Below are positions 53,187 through 63,999 of a stretch of DNA of 64,000 nucleotides, one piece after another. Within the stretch, counting starts at the first letter, position 1; each line of letters starts with the position of its first letter. Made by a program: the position numbers and the translations under genes. The notes under the pieces are model-generated. The model was given only the letters and a program-made list of their open reading frames with translations, did not search any database and was not told the DNA's origin. Source of the stretch: a virus; the IMG/VR virus record IMGVR_UViG_3300022925_000008, positions 67,198 through 131,197 of that record; one strand, 5' to 3'.

Positions 53187-54804
53187 TCAATTTGCTCATA
53201 AACCGAGTCATATTTTCCAAAAGTTCATCTTCTTGAGATGGAATATATTTTTCTTCTTTCTCTGGGGGTATTTCTGGTTGATTTTCTCCCGTTGGTTCAG
53301 TGGGTTCTTCTTCATTATCATCAATATCGCCAGAAGAAATCTCAGCATCTATTTGTTTTTTCATTTCTTTCATTTCTTCTTGGGACAAACGTAGAATGTT
53401 CGTCATAATCCATTCTTTGCTCAAATATTCGCCAACAAACTGAGAAGCTTCTGACATTATTCCTAGTCGGTCTCTTAAAATCTCTGTTTCTTTCAATTCA
53501 GAAAAATAATTATCTTTGATGAAATCAACTACAATATCATTTTTCCATTGTTGCCAATCTTGCTCGGTGATAATACCTTTAAGTATAAGTTGTTTTTTCA
53601 ATACTCCGAGAAATACCTGCGAAAACCTTTTTCGCAAACGATCAACAAACTTTTGAAATTTGATTTCATCCCGACTAATCTCGGTAGATCTTCCAAGAGA
53701 AAACTGAGTTTCTTGTTCTAATCGTCCCAGAGGCACATTCAACGAGCGGTATAATCTTTTCTGAAAATATATGATATCATCAATTTGACCCAGATTATCG
53801 CCGCCAGGAAGCGTGGAAATTTCTGTGCCCCTACCACCTTCTCTTCGCGGCAACCAGAAATCTTCAAGCATAGACATATGTTTGCGGTCGTCTTTTAACT
53901 GTCCGGTGTCTGCATCATAGACCAATTTATTGCGGTATTTAGACATAATGTCTTTCATGTATTGCTCTGCTTTACCACGAGGTAAATTACCAACATCGAT
54001 GTAAAAGATTCGTCGTTCGGGTGCACGAGCAAGACGATAGATGACCAGAGAGTCTTCCATCATACGTAATTGGTTAATAGGTTTAAGTGCTTTATGTAAA
54101 TGTGAGACTACTTTTCTTTTAGTCTCGTCTAGTAGTCCAGAGGTAACATAACTTACCGAGTCGGTCGAAAGTTTAACTGCGGTATTTGCCTGACCTGGTT
54201 TTTCTTCGAAAATATAAAATTCTTCAGTCGTATCAACAATTTTTGCCCCAGTTTTTCCATCAATTTTGTGTTTTACTTTTTTAACTTTACGAATCTTAGA
54301 TGCATCAATTAGGCGGATTTCTTGAATCCCTGCTTTAAGATTAGATTCGTTTACTAGTAAATGATGATAGATTCTACCATCAACATACCAAGACCTAAAA
54401 ATATCGTGACCTAGTTCATTGAATTTGAACATTGCCACCACATTATCGAATTCTTCTGTAATTTGATCTTTAATTTTATCAGCGGCTTCGATTTTATCTA
54501 GTGAAATTTCTAAACTGGATTTTAACTCAGAAGCGCTAATAGATTCATTAACAATTTCTTCAATCGCCATATCAACTTCGGGGTGCATAGAAACCCCGCG
54601 ATATTTAAGAATTAATTGATGATTGTCTTTAGAATTATCGCCATCCATATTAATGAATTGACCATAATGTCCTGCAGCAGAAGTTACGTATCCAGCTCCG
54701 TCATCATCCGTCGGAGGCACAACAGAGACAAGGTTCGACTCCGACCCTTTCTTGTTTCTACGTATCTCAAAACCAAATAATTTAATAATACTATCGTCTG
54801 CCAT
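53173..54804 (-). CDS. gp20: Portal protein
   Basis: HPEVD.AIEEIVNE, LHKALKPINQLRMMEDSLVIYR..RAPERRIFYIDVGNLP; start taken at MADDS. Confidence 0.97.
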   Translation of the reverse strand: MADDSIIKLFGFEIRRNKKGSESNLVSVVPPTDDDGAGYVTSAAGHYGQFINMDGDNSKDNHQLILKYRGVSMHPEVDMAIEEIVNESISASELKSSLEISLDKIEAADKIKDQITEEFDNVVAMFKFNELGHDIFRSWYVDGRIYHHLLVNESNLKAGIQEIRLIDASKIRKVKKVKHKIDGKTGAKIVDTTEEFYIFEEKPGQANTAVKLSTDSVSYVTSGLLDETKRKVVSHLHKALKPINQLRMMEDSLVIYRLARAPERRIFYIDVGNLPRGKAEQYMKDIMSKYRNKLVYDADTGQLKDDRKHMSMLEDFWLPRREGGRGTEISTLPGGDNLGQIDDIIYFQKRLYRSLNVPLGRLEQETQFSLGRSTEISRDEIKFQKFVDRLRKRFSQVFLGVLKKQLILKGIITEQDWQQWKNDIVVDFIKDNYFSELKETEILRDRLGIMSEASQFVGEYLSKEWIMTNILRLSQEEMKEMKKQIDAEISSGDIDDNEEEPTEPTGENQPEIPPEKEEKYIPSQEDELLENMTRFMSKLNEQD

Positions 54805-54820
54805 ATTCTGTTTCCAAATA

Positions 54821-54850
54821 AAAAAATAAGGGGACGCCCGAAGACGTCCC
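54821..54850 (-). terminator. cUUCGg terminator after gp19
   Basis: GGGACGTC-TTCG-GGCGTCCC followed by a U-tract. Confidence 0.88.
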
Positions 54851-54853
54851 ACT

Positions 54854-54861
54854 TATTTAGT
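54854..54861 (-). promoter_or_regulatory. Late promoter variant ACTAAATA upstream of the portal gene
   Basis: ACTAAATA immediately after the gp19 stop. Confidence 0.55.
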
Positions 54862-54867
54862 TAAACA

Positions 54868-55395
54868 TTAACTAGTTGAATTTGATTCCCAGTACTGTAC
54901 TTGGAATTCAACAGTAAACCTTTCGATTTCATCCGTGGTAGCATAGCTGACCTCGATAGGTGAAACATTCGTCGGGAAACAACCGCGAAGGTTATAACGC
55001 TTCAGAATAGAACCATCTTTGTCTAACTGCTCAACCAACAAATCAGATTGATAATCCACTGGATTGGTCAAACCGACGTTTGCTGAATGTGCGTTCATGC
55101 CATTCATCCATCGCTCCATTGAATCGCGAACAGTAAAGTCTGTATCATTGATAACAGTTACTGTCCAAGGTTCAAAAGTTCTGTCGCCAGCAATCTTTAA
55201 CTGGCGTCCACGAAAAGGAACTGTAATCAGCCCCATCGTCGATCCAGGTAATTGCGCGGCTTCACACAAGAAAGATGTCAATTCAACATCACCCCCTGCG
55301 TATTGCGGGAAGTTTACGGTTGCTTGGAACAAATTGGGCCTAGCACCACCACCTCGCAGTTTTGATTTAAAGTCGTCGACTCCTAAAATTGCCAT
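54868..55395 (-). CDS. gp19: Tail tube protein
   Basis: GGGARPNLF, VPFRGRQLKIAGDRTFEPW. Confidence 0.96.
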   Translation of the reverse strand: MAILGVDDFKSKLRGGGARPNLFQATVNFPQYAGGDVELTSFLCEAAQLPGSTMGLITVPFRGRQLKIAGDRTFEPWTVTVINDTDFTVRDSMERWMNGMNAHSANVGLTNPVDYQSDLLVEQLDKDGSILKRYNLRGCFPTNVSPIEVSYATTDEIERFTVEFQVQYWESNSTS

Positions 55396-55418
55396 TTTTA
55401 TTTCTCCTTAATGGTGTG

Positions 55419-57176
55419 CTATACTGTACCAACGACTTCACTAAACTCAACGCCGGTACGAACCGCAACGAAGTTAAGAGTGATGTAGTTGATTGAACGA
55501 GCTGGTTTGATAAACACTGAACAAATAAACTCGTTACGGTCAATGACGGCCGCAGTATTGTTTGTTTCATCACAAACCACTCGGAAATCTGTAATACCTC
55601 GTCGACCCTGAATTTCTCTCAGGAACGGTTCAACGATATTAACAAACTCTGCACGAGTGAATTCGTCATTGAATTCGAACATTACATTTCTTGCCGCAGC
55701 CGCAATTGCTCGCTCTACTGCTAAGAATAACCTACGAACGTTAATTCTGTCAAAGGCAGAAGGACGAGATTCTTTGGTCTTATCGCCAAAAAGAATAACG
55801 CCCTGGCCAGGAAGATTAACGATAGGGTTGATTCCTGATTTGTATAATGTATCTCTTTGTGATTTATTAGCTGTATATGCTAAGGAAGTAACGCCAAAAT
55901 ATTGCCCTCTTCTATTACCTGCCGGAGAGAACCATGGTGCTGATACAGCATCGGTTGCCGCCATCAATCCCGCAGTAGATGCTGCGGCCGCGATGAAGAC
56001 ATATTGGTCATTATACTTATCATAAACTTTAAGATAGTTATTGTCAACTACCAAGTAAGATGATGAGTTAAATTGACCTGCTGTGGTTACAGACGAGGTT
56101 ACTGCAGATGCTGGGGTTTGCCCAATTACTGCGGTTCGGTCAGGCGAAGTTACTACAATACAGTCTTTTCTTAACGATGCAGCTGTGGTAACGAGGTCGT
56201 TGACCACCGTTGCTTGATCTGCTGCTGCTGACATACCAGGAGCAATTAAGAAATCTACCTGAATGTCTTCTGTGCTTTCGAATACATCAAATCCTGTAAG
56301 AATTTCACCAGTTCCAACAACACCACCATTGTTTCCGCTACCAAGTTTGAAAGATTTAGTGGTAGGCGAAGCAAGCGCGAAGTTAGTTCCAGAACCATTT
56401 CCTGCTGCGGTCGAAGACTCATCAAACGTAGAATTAGCAACGTCTGTTGAGTTGTTAAGACTAAGCGCCCAAACATAATTAGAACGATTATTGACAACGT
56501 CTAAAACATTATTGCCAGTTCCATCATTTGTTTTGGCATCTGTCGCTAAGGACAGGAAGGGGAAAGTTTCGAGAACTGCTCCAGGTGTTCCGGTTAAAGA
56601 ACCCAATTTATCAAGTACGATAACATGAACTTCATCATTGTTTCCACTGGCATTAGAGACATACGTTGATGTGCCAGGAGCAGCATCAAAGAAAGATCTA
56701 TAAGCCCAAGCATCAAACGTAGCATCAGCAGATGATTGAGGACAAACTTGTACCTCAATACTATTTCCTGCAGAACCAGGATATTTTGCCAAAAACGTGT
56801 GATTAGCAGAAGTTAAAGTTGGTTTTAATGTATCGAAATCACTAGAGTTCTTTACGAGTGGGATAGATCCAAATGATTCAGCTGAATCACAAGCATTTCC
56901 AGCAGAGTCGGTCATGACCCTTGAAACATAAAGACTTGTAGAGTAACGTAAAAACGAAGAAGCAGATAAAAAATCTACTGAATTCGTTATAGATGGAGAA
57001 CCAAAAGTAGATACCAGCGTTGCTTCGTTGTCGATCAACACAGCAGTATCTGCAGGTCCCCATGAAAATTCTCCGGTAATAGCACCAGTTGAAGTCGTGA
57101 CCGAAGGGACTACACCCGTAAGGTCGATTTCTTTAACAGTGATACTGGGAGACGCGGATGGGGTAAAAAGAGCCAT
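55419..57176 (-). CDS. gp18: Tail sheath protein
   Basis: SP.I.VKEIDLT, FGDKT...SAFDRINVRRLF, KPARSINYI.LNF. Confidence 0.97.
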   Translation of the reverse strand: MALFTPSASPSITVKEIDLTGVVPSVTTSTGAITGEFSWGPADTAVLIDNEATLVSTFGSPSITNSVDFLSASSFLRYSTSLYVSRVMTDSAGNACDSAESFGSIPLVKNSSDFDTLKPTLTSANHTFLAKYPGSAGNSIEVQVCPQSSADATFDAWAYRSFFDAAPGTSTYVSNASGNNDEVHVIVLDKLGSLTGTPGAVLETFPFLSLATDAKTNDGTGNNVLDVVNNRSNYVWALSLNNSTDVANSTFDESSTAAGNGSGTNFALASPTTKSFKLGSGNNGGVVGTGEILTGFDVFESTEDIQVDFLIAPGMSAAADQATVVNDLVTTAASLRKDCIVVTSPDRTAVIGQTPASAVTSSVTTAGQFNSSSYLVVDNNYLKVYDKYNDQYVFIAAAASTAGLMAATDAVSAPWFSPAGNRRGQYFGVTSLAYTANKSQRDTLYKSGINPIVNLPGQGVILFGDKTKESRPSAFDRINVRRLFLAVERAIAAAARNVMFEFNDEFTRAEFVNIVEPFLREIQGRRGITDFRVVCDETNNTAAVIDRNEFICSVFIKPARSINYITLNFVAVRTGVEFSEVVGTV

Positions 57177-57243
57177 ATTCGTTTCCTTTTTTTTATTAGC
57201 TAATAATAAGATTTACATAATACGGATAGATATCAATGTTATT

Positions 57244-57251
57244 TATTTATA
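57244..57251 (-). promoter_or_regulatory. Late promoter TATAAATA
   Basis: Exact motif upstream of gp18. Confidence 0.8.
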
Positions 57252-57252
57252 A

Positions 57253-58887
57253 TTACCATAATTTAGAAGTATCCGCGTCAAAAACCTGCCAATCGTAAGA
57301 TAACCCTGAGTTTCTATTTCTGCTTTCGTGTTGTTCAATTTCGTCAGAAGCATCTTCAATAAACCCGAAAGGCAAAACGTCTTCTTCGATCAATCTCATT
57401 TTTTCTGAGAACATCATTTCTTTAAGGTTTATATCTGTCATATCATAAAACATTTGTTGCGTGACAAAATACCCCAACATCACAAGGTTCATAACTAGGT
57501 CATCATGATTACCATCAGAAGCTTCGTATGATTGCCCTCTGCCCACAAAGGTCGATATTTCCAAAATTGTGTTTTCGTCAACAATCTCTAATTTGCCTGT
57601 TTCGAGAAGATCTTTAAATCCGGAGCACCCCAACCGTTTGATTTTACGGTTGACTTCCACTCCGATATGAGAAGATTTTACTGCTGAAGATACATGAGTG
57701 TTTTCGTATTCTAGGTCGTGGTATAGACCATTGCAGACCACACCACCTTGATCATTCGCCTCAACTACAACATACGCTTCGTTGTAGGCAGTTGCATACT
57801 TATATATAATATCAGGGAAGAGTATTGGAGAGATAGTATTGTTCCGATACACAGCCACTTGACTAAAAGGGCGTGTCGTAATGTCAATAACAGTGAACGT
57901 AGAATAGTCCTGACCTCTTCCTTTCGATACATCAACGGTCATGATGTATTCGTGCCCTGCGCAGGGTTCTGTATAGACGGACAATAGACCGCCCTCTAAG
58001 ACCCGCAGAGGCTCTTTTGCTCTTAACGACATAAGAGTCTCTGCATTTATTAGAGTATCTCCTGTCCCGAAGAACGTATTTCCAAATTCTTGGTCAAATT
58101 GTAAAGAGCTGGTATTCGCGATTGTGGTTTGTTTCCACTTTTCATCTCTTCCAGGAACATCCCACCAATCAACCCTAAACGGTTTGAACTCGTTTACACC
58201 TTGGTTCGCGCCTTCCCAAATTTTGTGGTATATGTTTCCGATCCCATTGGCGGTTGAGGTGATGATGACTTTGGTGTCTTTTCCTGCGGATACAACAGGA
58301 TAGGTGGAAGTGTAAAATTCAGATGCTCGCTCAACAAAAGCAAATTCATCGAGATAGAGCAAATTAACAGACATACCCCGAATAGAAGACCCGCTAGTGG
58401 CAGCAGCAATAATCCGAGAATTATTAGAAAACTCAATAGAACCTTTATTAAGAGTTTTACAACCAGGTTGTAAAAAGAAAGGAAGATTCTCAAGCATGAG
58501 TGTAATACGGCTGAGCATTTCTCTCGAGGTCGCCCCTTTGTTCGCGAGAACAGCGATGGTTTTTTCGGGGTGGAAGACTGCGTACCAGAGCAAATAGGCG
58601 ACAGACGAAATTGATTTGCCAGATTGTCGGCAAGCAAGTACAATGTTAAAACGATTATTGTTAAAATGGTTGAACATGCGTTCTTGATAGGGGTAAAGAA
58701 TGAAAGGAACAAGACCCCGATCCAACGAAATAATTTTGACATACTCACGCGCAAAATGCGCGGGGTCTTCCATACATTTTTTATATTCAAGGACTTCCTC
58801 CTTAGTCCACTGCTGTACAACACCATCGCGCTTGACATTTATATTGCCAAGATAAGTTTCGTTACTCATTCTCAACGCTAGAGACAT
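57253..58887 (-). CDS. gp17: Terminase large subunit
   Basis: ACRQSGKS, LYLDEFAF, ITSTANG, DVSKG, HDDLVM. Confidence 0.97.
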   Translation of the reverse strand: MSLALRMSNETYLGNINVKRDGVVQQWTKEEVLEYKKCMEDPAHFAREYVKIISLDRGLVPFILYPYQERMFNHFNNNRFNIVLACRQSGKSISSVAYLLWYAVFHPEKTIAVLANKGATSREMLSRITLMLENLPFFLQPGCKTLNKGSIEFSNNSRIIAAATSGSSIRGMSVNLLYLDEFAFVERASEFYTSTYPVVSAGKDTKVIITSTANGIGNIYHKIWEGANQGVNEFKPFRVDWWDVPGRDEKWKQTTIANTSSLQFDQEFGNTFFGTGDTLINAETLMSLRAKEPLRVLEGGLLSVYTEPCAGHEYIMTVDVSKGRGQDYSTFTVIDITTRPFSQVAVYRNNTISPILFPDIIYKYATAYNEAYVVVEANDQGGVVCNGLYHDLEYENTHVSSAVKSSHIGVEVNRKIKRLGCSGFKDLLETGKLEIVDENTILEISTFVGRGQSYEASDGNHDDLVMNLVMLGYFVTQQMFYDMTDINLKEMMFSEKMRLIEEDVLPFGFIEDASDEIEQHESRNRNSGLSYDWQVFDADTSKLW

Positions 58888-59215
58888 TAATCACCTTTTC
58901 ATCATCATTATTTTGTAATAGTCTTTGTAAATCTGTTGTACTTCCAAGAAAGACATTATTATTAGTTATTTGTTTTTGCTCGGGTTTTTCTTCTTTGATA
59001 ACATCTTTATGTTTTTTATTCAAGTCCATTAATTTATCGGTCACGTCGGCAATATTTTTTATCATACCCGATAGGACTTCGAATGCTCTTGGATGTTCGC
59101 TTTCTCGCGCGACCTGTATCATAAGTTCAAGAGATTCTTTTCCGCCTTCAATTAATTCAATATAGGTATCTCTTGATGTGTTATAATCGTCATCAATGTT
59201 TTTATTTTTGCTCAT
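58862..59215 (-). CDS. gp16: Terminase small subunit
   Basis: ESEHPRAFEV, NNNVFLGSTTDLQ. Confidence 0.92.
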   Translation of the reverse strand: MSKNKNIDDDYNTSRDTYIELIEGGKESLELMIQVARESEHPRAFEVLSGMIKNIADVTDKLMDLNKKHKDVIKEEKPEQKQITNNNVFLGSTTDLQRLLQNNDDEKVINVSSVENE

Positions 59216-60009
59216 ACGCTATCCAATGCATTAAAATAATTATAATTGAAACCAAAGTCGCTATCTGATGATACCCCTTCTGGAGTCGGAGTCGTTCTGA
59301 TAGTTTCTAATAGAGGGTTGTTACCGTCGGTTGGTGTGTCTTGCTGGTATATTTGCCCGTCCACTTGACGGATAATTGGCCCAGTTACCAAAGGACCATA
59401 GAAACTAATCTTCATAGAGAAGTCAAGCGTATATATAATAGTCCTTCTTGCTTCGATCGGTCCTTCGTAATCATCAGTAAAAGTCAAACCTTGCAATACT
59501 ATAGGAACATCGTCTTTTATCGCGTTCAATGCATCTAATGGTTGCATAGTAACTGTATACTGAGGATTAAAATAAGGAATTATCTGTTCCACAATTTGCA
59601 AAGCATCGTCTTGAGATTTAGCGTATATGCTCAGTTGATAATTGATGTTGTATGGAACAGAAGTGTACAACCTTGTCTTATCTGATACAGAAGCAGAATC
59701 AGTTGTTAATGGTTGAACCCTTGAATTTGTTTTGGGTAACTGTCGCGTAATATCATATTCCATTGATATGATTTCAAAAGACATCCTTGGCAATTTAATT
59801 GCAATCTGTCTTTCTGCGTCCTCGCCCTGATTCATTTGTGCTATACGATCGATAAAACTTCGTTTGGGCGCATAGCTCAAAGGAACCTTTACCTGACTTA
59901 TAACACCGCCAGATGAATTTTTCCTCAAAACATATATGTTATTGAACAACGAACCAAACACAGCAACTGATTTTCGTACTCGTTGGTGATAGAAATGAGT
60001 TCCAAACAT
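59212..60009 (-). CDS. gp15: Tail sheath stabilizer / completion protein
   Basis: FGSLFNNI, VPLSYAPK, LPRMSFE, LQIVEQIIPYFNP. Confidence 0.95.
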   Translation of the reverse strand: MFGTHFYHQRVRKSVAVFGSLFNNIYVLRKNSSGGVISQVKVPLSYAPKRSFIDRIAQMNQGEDAERQIAIKLPRMSFEIISMEYDITRQLPKTNSRVQPLTTDSASVSDKTRLYTSVPYNINYQLSIYAKSQDDALQIVEQIIPYFNPQYTVTMQPLDALNAIKDDVPIVLQGLTFTDDYEGPIEARRTIIYTLDFSMKISFYGPLVTGPIIRQVDGQIYQQDTPTDGNNPLLETIRTTPTPEGVSSDSDFGFNYNYFNALDSV

Positions 60010-60031
60010 TATTCAATACCTCTGATAATTA

Positions 60032-60913
60032 TCATGAAGGATCCCCGAACGGATTTGTTTCCGTAAAGTCTAAGAAATCACTTTCAAATATATCAAACAC
60101 GTCGTTTTGAGACCCCTGATCAATATTCTGTAATTCTTCGATCAACGTTGGAGTTGCCACGGCACCAGATACTAGACCCAGAACCTCGGCAGAATTAGTA
60201 AATGTGTGGAAAAGTCCGTCGTCTGCGCCAACGTGAGCAAGGTACAGTTTGTTATTCAGAGCATCGTATTTAACTACTTCGCCGCTCATCACATAATCGC
60301 CATTAGTTTGATTGACGATTTCGTTAACAACAAACTCACCAACGACTGAATCAAATGTCATCACATATTGATAAGCAGAAAATTTCTCAACCTGATCAAT
60401 CTCTTCAATATCAGTATCAAAGTCTTCATCGTTATACTCAAACAACTCACAACGCATTTTAAATACGGGTAAGTCTTTTAACTGGAAGAATGGTGACTCG
60501 GTTTCTACTCTAGAGATTTGAAACATAGATTGAGAAAGAGGTAGATAGATTATATCGCCTTCGCGTGGTCGAAAAAACGGATTGTTATCTGCTTCTTCAT
60601 TTACTGCAATAACAGAGTTCCATCTTCTCCGAGCAACAATAAATGTAGCAGCGTCTCGAATCTCTACACCAAACTTAGTAAATAGATCTCCCTCACCATC
60701 AAACCCTTCGGTATTTTCGATGTACATTTCAATCTTGTATGCGTCTGAAAAACGAGAAACGTTATCGTCGACAAATATCTGATCTTTATTTACCAGTTCA
60801 CGAGGAAGATAGTAAACGTCCTGACCATACATTTTCAAAGACTCTACGATGAGGTCTTCGTACAGCAGTTGTTCGCTCTTTCTGCCTTGACTGAAATAGG
60901 GGTTTGTAGCCAT
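60032..60913 (-). CDS. gp14: Neck protein
   Basis: NPYF, ESLKMYGQDVYYLPR, PREGDIIY.P, NPFG. Confidence 0.95.
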   Translation of the reverse strand: MATNPYFSQGRKSEQLLYEDLIVESLKMYGQDVYYLPRELVNKDQIFVDDNVSRFSDAYKIEMYIENTEGFDGEGDLFTKFGVEIRDAATFIVARRRWNSVIAVNEEADNNPFFRPREGDIIYLPLSQSMFQISRVETESPFFQLKDLPVFKMRCELFEYNDEDFDTDIEEIDQVEKFSAYQYVMTFDSVVGEFVVNEIVNQTNGDYVMSGEVVKYDALNNKLYLAHVGADDGLFHTFTNSAEVLGLVSGAVATPTLIEELQNIDQGSQNDVFDIFESDFLDFTETNPFGDPS

Positions 60914-60918
60914 TAATA

Positions 60919-61671
60919 TTATCCAATAAAGAAGTCAGGCGGTAGTTCTTGTTCCAATCGCATATCTTCTTTAAGTTTTTCCAATTCTTGAGTCCCATCA
61001 TCATACATCTGACGACCATTAACAGTTACCCCTCCAGGAAGTTGCATACCGTCAAATTTCATCATGTTAAGACCCCATTGCTGTTTGATCAATGAGGTTG
61101 TGTAATTCTTAATGAACATATCGTTGTAGATACTTATAGATGAATCAGGATTAACGATTTGATAAACTTCGATAACTAAGAAATCACCAACTTTGATATC
61201 ACCATCGTTAAAATCCCCAAAGACATATAATCGGTCTTGGTGTCTTGAGAATGAAACCTGAGGAGTACCAGACAATTGCATGTCAACCATAGAGAGATAC
61301 TGCTGCATTTGATAGAAATAAGACATACCACCAGCAAAATTCACAAAGTCGCCCATAGAGTTCAACATCATTTGATATTTGACATCGAACATTCCAGTAC
61401 CAGAAAACGTGCTATTGATAGGAAACATTTTAGAAATATAAACTATGTCTGCAGGAATTGGGATATACTTATTGGTAACATCATCTGCAGTAACAACATG
61501 CTTCATATAAGTGCGTGTGGTTGCATCACTATGAAACTCTTGATAGACTTGCAGCGCGTCATCTACCTTGTCTTGTATTTGATCGTCGTCAACATTAATT
61601 TCAAGTACGGGTGCACCGAGTCTCCGTAGACAGAAGTCTATTAATGTTTGCCTTGAGTTTGGTGCTGCCAT
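60919..61671 (-). CDS. gp13: Neck protein
   Basis: LRRLGAPVLEINV, IK.QWG.N..KF.G.QLPGGV..NG. Confidence 0.95.
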   Translation of the reverse strand: MAAPNSRQTLIDFCLRRLGAPVLEINVDDDQIQDKVDDALQVYQEFHSDATTRTYMKHVVTADDVTNKYIPIPADIVYISKMFPINSTFSGTGMFDVKYQMMLNSMGDFVNFAGGMSYFYQMQQYLSMVDMQLSGTPQVSFSRHQDRLYVFGDFNDGDIKVGDFLVIEVYQIVNPDSSISIYNDMFIKNYTTSLIKQQWGLNMMKFDGMQLPGGVTVNGRQMYDDGTQELEKLKEDMRLEQELPPDFFIG

Positions 61672-61795
61672 TATCTTTCCTCTTTATATATTTATTGATT
61701 GATTATAACTTTGTCAACCAATGTTGAATTGTTATTAACAACAACCTTATCGACCTTTGTGCTTGTCTGCACTACTTTTTTAACTACAGTTGTCA

Positions 61796-62161
61796 TTATA
61801 CAATAGACAATTTAGTAACTGATGGCGTTACATATAATTGACCTTCTAGGACTCTCTCGACCTCGACAGTGCTTCCAGAAGAGTCTCTCGCTATCTCCAA
61901 GTCGTATACGTATCTTTTGTTAGCTTTGAGTGAATCGGTCTGAAGGTGAGTTAAACTGAGGTTTATAATGCCAGAAGCAGCAGAATCGATGGTGCAATTA
62001 AAAACAGTTATGCTGCTGCTATCGAGGTTGTAGTTGGGACTAATATGTGAGGTTGCAGTGTAATTGGTTAGATTCTTTGCAGTTCCGTTTTTATTAGTTA
62101 AATACACATTAATCGAAGCAGTCGAACCCTGATCAATTGTAATGTCTTTGTAATATGCCAT
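61796..62161 (-). CDS. Ig-like/BppU-like small structural protein
   Basis: ITIDQG, A..G.I.LSL...QT..L...RYVYDLEI, RVLEG...V.P. Confidence 0.6.
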   Translation of the reverse strand: MAYYKDITIDQGSTASINVYLTNKNGTAKNLTNYTATSHISPNYNLDSSSITVFNCTIDSAASGIINLSLTHLQTDSLKANKRYVYDLEIARDSSGSTVEVERVLEGQLYVTPSVTKLSIV

Positions 62162-62193
62162 AACACATTCCGATTAGTGAAAGTATATGACTC

Positions 62194-62201
62194 TATTTAT
62201 A
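62194..62201 (-). promoter_or_regulatory. Late promoter TATAAATA
   Basis: Exact motif. Confidence 0.75.
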
Positions 62202-62257
62202 AGAATCCAGCGTTTGTCTTAGCACGATTAAGTTTCTGGTTATACCGAGGATTATTT

Positions 62258-62581
62258 TTAGTCATCATTCCAAGGAAACGTTTCATGACTAGTATGTTTA
62301 GGAAAAAACTTGGTCTCAGCCTGCTGTATAGCCACCTCTTCTGTTTTTGCCAACTCTTCCTCCGGTATCCAACTCCAGATAATTCTTTCACTGAGTCTTT
62401 CCCAAAGAATCCAGTTATCAGGATCATCGGTATTTAACTGAGCAAAAAATACGCTTTTCATTGTTTTTCCTTCATGCTCAAATACATAAGCATATTGAAC
62501 TTCATATGCAAAGTTTTCAGGAAAAGACTCATGATTAGTGTAAGTGTTAATTTTTACAATTTCTCTTCGTGTTGGTTCCAT
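62258..62581 (-). CDS. Hypothetical protein (tail-fibre-associated context)
   Basis: 107 aa with SD GGAG. Confidence 0.6.
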   Translation of the reverse strand: MEPTRREIVKINTYTNHESFPENFAYEVQYAYVFEHEGKTMKSVFFAQLNTDDPDNWILWERLSERIIWSWIPEEELAKTEEVAIQQAETKFFPKHTSHETFPWNDD

Positions 62582-62590
62582 ATAATTCTC

Positions 62591-63418
62591 CTAATCAAAT
62601 CCGTAGTAAATGCCTAAAGCTCTTTCGTGGTCAGTCTGTCCCGTGGCTGTTTCTGTTACTTTAAGTATAATCGGATTTGCGTCGTTGGTGGTCAAAATTA
62701 AAGGCTCTTCAGCTAAAATTCTAAAAGAAATTTGAAAGTTTCTTCCTCCAAAAACACTATCCATTGGAGTAGACATATTTGCATTCAAAAGATTTGTTTC
62801 AGTATCATTGTCATAAAAACGTACATTGCCAAGATTCCAGTAGTTGGTAAAATTCGCTCCAGATGCCCCATTAGTATTAAATCTTGAAAGAAGGGATGGG
62901 TTGACCTCTGTTCCAAAGAAACTACCCGTAGGGACAGTGATCGACATTATAATTTTTCCGCTCGTGTATAAACTTTTATACTGAAAAGTAAATATTGCAT
63001 ATCGTCCCTGAGACACTCTCTGGTTGCTGGGACCTAAAGTAAAGTCGCTTTCATAACCGTAAGTAGGGAAAGCAAAATTGGGCTGGTTGGGGACAGGGTC
63101 TGTAGGACCATTAGTAGTTATACTATAGTCAAAAAAATCATCTTTTAACTCCACAGCCATCTCGCCGTTGTCTAAAGTGCTTATAAATACGTTGTTAAAA
63201 CGGTCTGTATCATACCCATACCGTGTTTTAGAATACATATCGCTCGCGCTTAGAGGTCCGTCTTGAGGCAAGCCTGGTACTAAGGAGCTGTCCAGAGGGT
63301 GTCCTACCCACCACCTCGACTCAACGTTATTTTGAGATTTTACTCCTTCATATATTGGTCCATTAAATTCAGTAAACAGATCAAGCCAAGATATAGCGCC
63401 AGACGCTTGCGTTGTCAC
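62591..63418 (-). CDS. Putative tail-fibre adhesin/accessory protein
   Basis: N-terminal SGAISW.DL..EF motif, typical of proteins following S74-bearing fibres. Confidence 0.55.
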   Translation of the reverse strand: MTTQASGAISWLDLFTEFNGPIYEGVKSQNNVESRWWVGHPLDSSLVPGLPQDGPLSASDMYSKTRYGYDTDRFNNVFISTLDNGEMAVELKDDFFDYSITTNGPTDPVPNQPNFAFPTYGYESDFTLGPSNQRVSQGRYAIFTFQYKSLYTSGKIIMSITVPTGSFFGTEVNPSLLSRFNTNGASGANFTNYWNLGNVRFYDNDTETNLLNANMSTPMDSVFGGRNFQISFRILAEEPLILTTNDANPIILKVTETATGQTDHERALGIYYGFD

Positions 63419-63999
63419 GATATTTCTCCTCGAAAAATAATTTCTTTAAGTTCATCAATCTGTTGCTGTTGTTCTTTAATTGCTTCGATAAGAAGACCAA
63501 CCATGTTGCCATAACGCACAGCAAGATTCTTATTTTCATTATCTCCAATCATTTCCGTTTCATACACTGCTTCTGGTAAAACTTCTTGCACTTGTTGTGC
63601 TATAACACCTGTCATTCTTTTATCTGGACCGTCTTTAATATAATTAAAGGTAATGCCATCTAACGTTTTTACTTTGTCAACAGCATTTGGTATTACTTCA
63701 ATATTTTCTTTAAGAGAAATATCAGAAAGGGTTGCGTATGCAGTAATATTACCAAGGACGGCAAGGTTGCCGAAACCATCCAACTCCATGGTGTTTACAG
63801 CGGTGGTTGTGCCCAGATTTATACCCCCAAAAGTAATTTTAGATTTTTGAGAAGCGGTGGTTGTGTTTTCAAAACCAACATAACCGCTACTTCTTGCGGT
63901 GTTTGACTGAGCAAAAGTCAAGTCGTCGAGGGTCAAATTAGATCCCAAGAGACCACCAAGGGCATTACCACCTGTCATTAATGAAATGCCGTGTTGACC
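63415..63999 (-). CDS. Tail fibre C-terminus with a Peptidase_S74-type intramolecular chaperone (5' partial)
   Basis: SDISLKENI, GVIAQQV..VLPEAV, V.Y.NMVGLLIEAIKE; the frame stays open to the window edge. Confidence 0.88.
   Translation of the reverse strand, partial: GQHGISLMTGGNALGGLLGSNLTLDDLTFAQSNTARSSGYVGFENTTTASQKSKITFGGINLGTTTAVNTMELDGFGNLAVLGNITAYATLSDISLKENIEVIPNAVDKVKTLDGITFNYIKDGPDKRMTGVIAQQVQEVLPEAVYETEMIGDNENKNLAVRYGNMVGLLIEAIKEQQQQIDELKEIIFRGEIS

Noticed and set aside
52267-53394. Repetitive alternative-frame and antisense ORFs over the collagen gene (e.g. SPLSPLSP)
   Set aside because: By-products of the Gly-X-Y codon periodicity.
1367-63850. Numerous plus-strand ORFs of 60-190 aa in the track
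   Set aside because: All lie antisense to well-supported minus-strand genes and show no recognisable motifs; treated as shadow ORFs.
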